Assembly (NCBI GenBank): GCA_000092065.1
Contig: CP000591.1
Length of the DNA: 64,000 nt
Reading direction: 5' to 3' (one strand)
From: Ostreococcus lucimarinus
Taxonomy: Eukaryota
Part shown: one piece after another, positions 59,079-64,000 of the stretch
Layout: every line of letters starts with the position of its first letter
How positions within the stretch are numbered: position 1 is the first letter of the stretch
Program-made: the position numbers and the translations under genes
Notes under the pieces: model-generated
The model's database searches: none
What the model was told of the DNA's origin: nothing
The model's input: only the letters and a program-made list of their open reading frames with translations

Positions 59079-60023
59079 ATGCCGGCTTCGGCGGAAGATT
59101 CCATCGGGTGGTACCTGAGCTTGTACTGGCCGGCGATGAATAAGGAGTTCAAGGGCGTGGTGCAAAAGTACGATCACGATTCCAAGCATCACACGGTGAA
59201 GTGGGATAACGCGCCGAAAGGGAGCGATGGCGTGACCGAGGTTGATTTGACCGAGGGCGAGTTGACGTGGTTGAAGGCGCCGGAGAAGCCCGTGAAGAAG
59301 GCCGCGAAGGGCAAGCCGGCGGCGGCGAAAGCGAAACCCAAAGCGTACAAGGAGTACGATGCCTTGGAGACCATGGATGATTTGGAAGCGCGATTCACGG
59401 GCAAAACGACCAAGGCGGTGGCGTTTCAAGTGTTGAAGAACAGCGGCGTAAACGGGATGACGCTTCAAGAAATAGTCGACGAGTCGCAAAAGCTTGGGCT
59501 TCGGGACTGGACGCAGTGCAAACAGCCAAAGACGACCATCAACGTGTGCGTGAGTCAAGATTCGGCGTTTGTGAAGATTTCTCCCGGACGCGTGGGTTTG
59601 CGCATCAACGGCGCGCAAACGAGAGACGCTTCGCAAGAACCCAAGCACGTGAAGGCGTCGGGCGCTTCGAAAAAGCGTGGGCGTCCGCCGAAGACGGGCG
59701 AGGCCAAGCCGAAAAAAGTGCAACGTCAAGAACCGCAACACTGGGAGCGCAAGCCTCCGATTGATTTGTCGATTGAGGTGTACACGAGCAACAACACGCA
59801 CGTGACCAACGCGCCAATCTCAGTTGCGTACAACGTTACCATTAAGGCTTTGAAAAAGGCCATCTCGAATAACACCAAGGGCATGCTCAAGCCGCACTAT
59901 CAGCAACTTTACCACGATAACCGAAACATCGGTATGGATGAGGATGCGTTTTTGGTGCACGCGGTTCGCCCGCACAAATTTGAGCGCACGCTCGATTTGA
60001 AGCTCGTCATCAGCGATCAGTAG
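59079..60023 (+). CDS. Chromatin-associated protein: Tudor-like domain + HARE-HTH domain + AT-hook + C-terminal ubiquitin-like region
   Basis: IGWYLSLYWPAMNKEFKGVVQKYDHDSKHHTVKWDNAPKG...VTEVDL (Tudor-like). AVAFQVLKNSGVNGMTLQEIVDESQKLGLRDWTQCKQPKTTINVCVSQDSAFVKISPGRVGLR (HARE-HTH). KKRGRPPKTG (AT-hook). ATG at 59079; the upstream part of ORF 58671 is not coding-like. Confidence 0.65.
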   Translation: MPASAEDSIGWYLSLYWPAMNKEFKGVVQKYDHDSKHHTVKWDNAPKGSDGVTEVDLTEGELTWLKAPEKPVKKAAKGKPAAAKAKPKAYKEYDALETMDDLEARFTGKTTKAVAFQVLKNSGVNGMTLQEIVDESQKLGLRDWTQCKQPKTTINVCVSQDSAFVKISPGRVGLRINGAQTRDASQEPKHVKASGASKKRGRPPKTGEAKPKKVQRQEPQHWERKPPIDLSIEVYTSNNTHVTNAPISVAYNVTIKALKKAISNNTKGMLKPHYQQLYHDNRNIGMDEDAFLVHAVRPHKFERTLDLKLVISDQ

Positions 60024-60166
60024 ACACTACAACAGTGACAGCGGTAACAGGCACATCATAGCCCGCGCGACAACACCAGGCGGAAATCTAATCATCGATC
60101 ATGTGTCGCGCGCGTTGTAAATCGAATATTCCATAAACGACTTCGTCTCGAGTTGAATTACAACGT

Positions 60167-61570
60167 CTACGCCGCGACAGCCATCATGCCGCGCAAAACG
60201 AGCTCGCGAAGCGCCCAAGTGGGCTTGGTGTACTTTCGCCCGTCTTTGGTGGTATACTCCTTATCCACCAACTGCATGGCCCAAAGGTAGTGGACGGATT
60301 GAATGTCGTCCTCGGCGCCCTCGACGACGGCGCCGGATTTGTCGCGAACGCAGTTGATTTGTTGGCAACTAAAAGTCAGCACGACGAGGGGCTCGTTTTC
60401 CATCAAACGAACTTCCATGAGCTCGACTTCACTTAAATCTAAGATCCTCGGATCCACGTGCTGTCCTTCGTGCTTCCAAAGGTTCATCTGCCCGGATAAC
60501 CGCTCGAGCATTTCGCTCGAAATATTCGTTTGCTTCAACGCCTCGACGTCGCCCTTGAGGTAGGCGCCGAGAACTTTGGGAATATCTCTGCGCACTTCGG
60601 CGATAAAATCGTTAATGTTAAACATCGGATCTCGCTGACGAATCATGCGATACGCCTCGCCTTGCTCGGTCTCGCTGAACAGGTTATCCTGAAAGTCTTG
60701 AATGCGGTGCACCACGGGCGAGTCGCTCGTCTCCCATCGTTCGCGCATATCCTCCGCCAGCTCCGCCCCCTTGGCGTACGGCGCGGTCTTCTTCAACCCC
60801 TCGAGCTTATCGAACGCGCTCGCGATCCCGAGCTTGGACTTCACCCCTCCCCACAACTTTCCGAACGCGCTCGGTTTCGGCGCCGCCGTCGTCGCCACCG
60901 CCGTCGTCCCGTCGTACGGTTCAAACATCGCCTCATCGTACCCCGCCGCCTTCCTTCGCTCCGCCGCCGCGTCCCCCGGATCCATCATCGCCAACCGATA
61001 CTCCTCCTTCACCGCATCGATCGCCATCGCCGCGAATCCGCTCGGCGTCGTCCACGACTTTTTCCCCCCCGCCCTCGCGTCGCCCGTCGCCGCCGCCGCC
61101 GCCCGTCGTCCCGCCTTCCGCGCCGCCTCGCCCGCCTCCCTCGCCGCGTCGTCCACCGCGTCGACGTCGATGCCCGACGCTCTCGCGCGCGCCCGCATCT
61201 CCGCCGCCGCCTCCGCCGCGTACGTCGTCGCCCGCGCGCGTAAATCATCGAATCCCCGCGCGTCCGATCGCGTCGACGTCTTCCCCGTCGCCTCGCTCGC
61301 CGCGTCGCGCGGCGCGCGCGAGCGGCGCGTCGCGTCGCCGTCGTCGCGCGTCGCGTCGCGCGCGCGCGCGTCGTCGCGCTTGAGCGCGCGCGCGGACGCG
61401 CGAAGCGACGACATCGCGCGCGCGCGCGTCGCGTCGGCGCGCGTCGTCGCGCTCGAACGCGGCGCGACGCGCGCGAGCGCGCTCGAGCGCGACGCGACGC
61501 GCGCGAGCGACGCGTCGCCGAGCGCGCGCGCGCTCAGGCGCGCGAGCGCGCGTCGCGCGCGCGTCGCCAT
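60167..61570 (-). CDS. TIM44: Mitochondrial import inner-membrane translocase subunit TIM44
   Basis: C-terminal Tim44 domain (FIAEVRRDIPKVLGAYLKGDVEALK...HEGQHVDPRILDLSEVELMEVRLMENEPLVVLTFSCQQINCVRDKSG...VHYLWAMQ). R/A-rich presequence from ATG 61570 (MATRARRALARLSARALG). Confidence 0.8.
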   Translation of the reverse strand: MATRARRALARLSARALGDASLARVASRSSALARVAPRSSATTRADATRARAMSSLRASARALKRDDARARDATRDDGDATRRSRAPRDAASEATGKTSTRSDARGFDDLRARATTYAAEAAAEMRARARASGIDVDAVDDAAREAGEAARKAGRRAAAAATGDARAGGKKSWTTPSGFAAMAIDAVKEEYRLAMMDPGDAAAERRKAAGYDEAMFEPYDGTTAVATTAAPKPSAFGKLWGGVKSKLGIASAFDKLEGLKKTAPYAKGAELAEDMRERWETSDSPVVHRIQDFQDNLFSETEQGEAYRMIRQRDPMFNINDFIAEVRRDIPKVLGAYLKGDVEALKQTNISSEMLERLSGQMNLWKHEGQHVDPRILDLSEVELMEVRLMENEPLVVLTFSCQQINCVRDKSGAVVEGAEDDIQSVHYLWAMQLVDKEYTTKDGRKYTKPTWALRELVLRGMMAVAA

Positions 61571-61609
61571 GGCGGCTCGAAGTGACGCGGCGACGCGGCG
61601 CGCACTTCG

Positions 61610-63157
61610 ATGCGCGCGCGCGCCGTCGCGCGATGCGCGCGGCGCGTCGTCGGCGCGGACGCGCGACCGGACGCGCGACCGCGACCGCGCGCGGCGTCGC
61701 GTCCGCGCGCTCAAGCGCGACGACGACGCGACGAGGACGCGCATCGCGCGACGGCGCGCGGCGGCGACGCGCGCGCGCTCGGCGCGCTCATGCGCTGGCT
61801 GCGCGCGCGCGGCGTCGAAGCGTCGCGCAAGACGCAGTTCGCGCGCGGACGCATGGGCGTCGGCGGCGTCGCGATCGAGGACATGGCGCAGGGGGAGGTG
61901 ATTTTCTCGCTGCGAATGCGAGACGACGACGACGCGCCGATCGCGCTGACGACGACGGAGGTCGAGAACGAGCGCGGACCGCTGCGAACGCTGGCGAAGA
62001 TGGTGAACGCGACGAGGCTGACGAGTAGGTACGCTGGGGTGATCGAGGACGAGTGGGGATTTCCGTTGGATTCGACGCGCGCGGCGACGCTGGCGCTGGC
62101 GCTGGCGCGGGAAGTCGAGCTGGGGGACGACGCGTACTGGCGCGCGTACGTCGATTTGTTGCCTCGAGAGGTGGATAGCTTGCAGATGTGGGACGATGAC
62201 GAGCTCGAGGCGCTGCAGGGGTCGAGATTGATCGAAAGGGCGCGGCGAAGACGCGCGCTGGTGCGACGGGAATACGAAGCGACGCGCGAGGCGTTGGGGG
62301 CGACGGCGCCGTCGTACGAGTCGTTTCGATGGGCGTACGCCACCGTGCTCGCGCGCGCGTTCGTGCTTCCAGATTTGAACTGCATGGCGCTGTTGCCGGG
62401 ATTAGATTTGTACAATTCCGCGCGCGACGCGGAAAAGTGTACGGTGGAGCGACTCGGGCACGTCGAAGACGACGACGACGAAGACGACGACGAGGACGTC
62501 GCGTTCGCGAACGAGGGCGAAGCGCAAGTCACGCTTCGCGTCGGTATCGGTGGCGCGGCGGCGGGAACGCAGCTGTTTCACGATTACGCCGACCACACCT
62601 CGGGCGGGGCGTTGCTCGAATTCGGTTTCGTGTACCACGGCGAACGCGAGCGAGGCTCGGGCGTGGACGCCGTCGAGACGAGTCTTGTGCGCGCGTACGA
62701 CGCACTCGACGCGCGTTCGCGCGCGTTTCTCGCCGAACGCGTGTTCGGTGCGTTCAACGTGCGCACCAGCCTGACGTTTGAGCTCTCGAACGTGGGTGGC
62801 GTGTACAAACCCGCCCTTCGCGGCGCCGCGTGCGTTCCGCTCGAAATGTGGCGCGCCGCGAGGGCGTTGGCGCTCTCGCCCGAGCGCGCGCTCCCGGCGT
62901 CGTTAGACGACGTCTTGGACGAAGACACCGAAATTCGAGCGCGTCGCATCATCCTCGACGCTCTCAAAGCCGAGCGCGCGCGCTACGCCGCGACGTCGAT
63001 CGAGGAAGACGTCCGCGCGCTTCGCCTCGCGCTCGACGCCGGCGCCGCCGCGCGTCGAACCGCCGCCGCGCTCGACGTGCGCGTCGGCGAGAAATCCCTC
63101 CTCGACGACGTCATCACCGATTTAGAAACGAACGCGCGACGCGCACGGCGCGGATAG
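61610..63157 (+). CDS. SET-domain protein-lysine methyltransferase (Rubisco LSMT / SETD3-SETD6-like) with an R-rich transit peptide
   Basis: ALMRWLRARGVEASRKTQFARGRMGVGGVAIEDMAQGEVIFSL...AYWRAYVDLLPREVDSLQMWDDDELEALQGSRL...FRWAYATVLARAF...LLPGLDLYN parallels LSMT (FWKWLQEEGV...TEGLGLVA...). ATG at 61610. Confidence 0.75.
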   Translation: MRARAVARCARRVVGADARPDARPRPRAASRPRAQARRRRDEDAHRATARGGDARALGALMRWLRARGVEASRKTQFARGRMGVGGVAIEDMAQGEVIFSLRMRDDDDAPIALTTTEVENERGPLRTLAKMVNATRLTSRYAGVIEDEWGFPLDSTRAATLALALAREVELGDDAYWRAYVDLLPREVDSLQMWDDDELEALQGSRLIERARRRRALVRREYEATREALGATAPSYESFRWAYATVLARAFVLPDLNCMALLPGLDLYNSARDAEKCTVERLGHVEDDDDEDDDEDVAFANEGEAQVTLRVGIGGAAAGTQLFHDYADHTSGGALLEFGFVYHGERERGSGVDAVETSLVRAYDALDARSRAFLAERVFGAFNVRTSLTFELSNVGGVYKPALRGAACVPLEMWRAARALALSPERALPASLDDVLDEDTEIRARRIILDALKAERARYAATSIEEDVRALRLALDAGAAARRTAAALDVRVGEKSLLDDVITDLETNARRARRG

Positions 63158-63213
63158 CTCTCGACGTGGTAAACTAGTAAACATATTTATTCGTACATCG
63201 CTCGACGGCGTCG

Positions 63214-63549
63214 TCACGCGCGCGCGTCGTCGTCGTCGTCGTCCTTCGCCTCCCCCCTCCCCTCCTCCGGCTCGTACTCCACGCGCAGCAGCGCCTCCAG
63301 GCTCTCTCGCTTATACATCAGCGCGTCCCGTTCCTTATCGATGTCCCACGCCTCGCTCGGGTCGTCCGTCCGTCGCCATCGCTTATTCTCCTCGACCCGT
63401 CGTCGCTCATCCTCATCCCAGATCTCATCGTCGTCTTTCTTCGACCACGCGCGCGCGATCGTCGACGTCCCGGTCCCGCGCGCGCGCGCGATCCATCGCG
63501 GCGCGCGCGCGACGACGCGGCACCGCGGCTTCGTCGTCGTCGGCGGCAT
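63214..63549 (-). CDS. Small hypothetical protein (R-rich presequence, acidic C-terminus)
   Basis: 111 codons, ATG at 63549. No recognisable domain. Its promoter region carries E2F-like sites. Confidence 0.4.
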   Translation of the reverse strand: MPPTTTKPRCRVVARAPRWIARARGTGTSTIARAWSKKDDDEIWDEDERRRVEENKRWRRTDDPSEAWDIDKERDALMYKRESLEALLRVEYEPEEGRGEAKDDDDDDARA

Positions 63550-63634
63550 CGACGAGTGCGGCGGCGTCGACGCGCGCGCGGATCGCGCGGCGCGCGTCGA
63601 AAATCGGTCGCGTACTGTTTGCCCACACGCGACG

Positions 63635-63647
63635 TTTTCGCGCCAAA
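63635..63647. promoter_or_regulatory. Canonical E2F-type site TTTTCGCGCCAAA (copy 1)
   Basis: Matches TTTSGCGC and the DHFR-type TTTCGCGCCAAA element. It lies between two divergent genes. Confidence 0.5.
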
Positions 63648-63702
63648 TTCATTGACATGTCGCCTCGCACATCGGTCGCGGACTGTTTGCCCATACGCGA
63701 CG

Positions 63703-63715
63703 TTTTCGCGCCAAA
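63703..63715. promoter_or_regulatory. Canonical E2F-type site TTTTCGCGCCAAA (copy 2)
   Basis: Identical 13-mer in the second repeat copy, 12 bp upstream of the ATG at 63727. Confidence 0.5.
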
Positions 63716-63726
63716 TTCATTGACAA

Positions 63727-64000
63727 ATGTCGCCTCGACGACGCGGACGCGCGACGACGACGCCGGCGCCGACGCGAGAGCGCGTCGCGACGACGGACGC
63801 GACGGCGCGACGGGAGGCGGCGATGACGGCGCGCGCGACGCGCGAGCGCGACGACGGCGCGCGGGCGACGACGGACGAGGGCGGCGCGCGGGCGACGACG
63901 GACGAGGATCGCGCGCGGCTGACAAAGTATTGGTTGCGACGACGGTGCTCGACGGGATCGCACGCGAGCGAGGCGACGGAGGTGGGGATGCTGACGGGAG
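63727..64000 (+). CDS. 5' end of a gene continuing beyond the window (unknown product)
   Basis: ATG at 63727, open to the window end (MSPRRRGRATTTPAPTRERVATTD...RARLTKYWLRRRCSTGSHASEATEVGMLTG). It lies immediately downstream of the E2F-containing direct repeat. Confidence 0.4.
   Translation, partial: MSPRRRGRATTTPAPTRERVATTDATARREAAMTARATRERDDGARATTDEGGARATTDEDRARLTKYWLRRRCSTGSHASEATEVGMLTG

Larger units (their letters stand above)
63606..63735. repeat. Direct repeat (about 62 bp x2), each copy containing the ACTGTTTGCCCA[CT]ACGCG motif plus an E2F-type site
   Basis: ggtcgcgtACTGTTTGCCCACACGCGacgTTTTCGCGCCAAAttcattgaca... and ggtcgcggACTGTTTGCCCATACGCGacgTTTTCGCGCCAAAttcattgaca. Confidence 0.85.

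Noticed and set aside
1-64000. Prokaryotic-style interpretation (operons, RBS, phage or defence island).
   Set aside because: Spliceosomal introns, nucleus-encoded organelle proteins with transit peptides, MCM2, CDC73, LHC and TIM44 make this unambiguously eukaryotic nuclear DNA.
1-64000. Search for tRNA, rRNA, snRNA genes and transposable elements.
   Set aside because: The short intergenic regions show no cloverleaf-compatible sequence, rDNA-like stretch, terminal inverted repeats or target-site duplications that I could recognise by eye. A small ncRNA in a UTR cannot be excluded without covariance-model searches.

Overview
This 64 kb window is very GC-rich (about two-thirds G+C) eukaryotic nuclear DNA. 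The gene content matches a picoplanktonic green alga of the Mamiellophyceae (Micromonas- or Ostreococcus-like); nothing here is prokaryotic. The evidence is a photosynthetic-eukaryote gene set together with spliceosomal GT-AG introns that can be read directly from frame shifts between adjacent ORFs. The gene set includes LHC, chloroplast-type RPL24, D27, CER1/CER3, MCM2, primase PriL, CDC73, TIM44, TBL1-like WD40, FKBP62-like and SH3BP5. Examples of the introns are MCM2 at 31777-32002, the TBL1-like gene at 11964-12151, CDC73, and possibly cpRPL24.

I count about 38 protein-coding genes on both strands, roughly one per 1.7 kb. Intergenic spacers are extremely short: convergent stop codons lie 30-77 bp apart and divergent start codons 24-460 bp apart. 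Introns are few. Three-prime ends are AT-richer and carry TGTAA-like signals. I found no rRNA, tRNA, CRISPR or transposon.

The ORF track uses non-ATG starts, so I moved several gene starts to the first in-frame ATG. Many long Arg/Ala-rich antisense ORFs are composition artefacts and were rejected.

The most interesting items are:
- an FGGY pentulose kinase fused to ribulose-phosphate 3-epimerase;
- a PP2C-2xCNB protein whose C-terminal kinase domain has lost its catalytic residues;
- a 16-19 nt motif, ACTGTTT[AG]CCCA[CT]ACG, present five times across three unrelated promoters, twice next to canonical E2F sites (TTTTCGCGCCAAA);
- a second recurrent element, TTTGAATTTCG, in the promoter and first intron of MCM2 and the promoters of DNA primase and a chromatin-protein gene;
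- extremely tight head-to-head gene pairs;
- a CER1/CER3-type aldehyde decarbonylase homologue in a cuticle-less alga;
- a Tudor + HARE-HTH + AT-hook chromatin protein.

All calls rest on reading the translated ORFs and the sequence by eye. No database search was run. Coordinates derived by hand-counting the nucleotide lines may be off by 1-2 nt.
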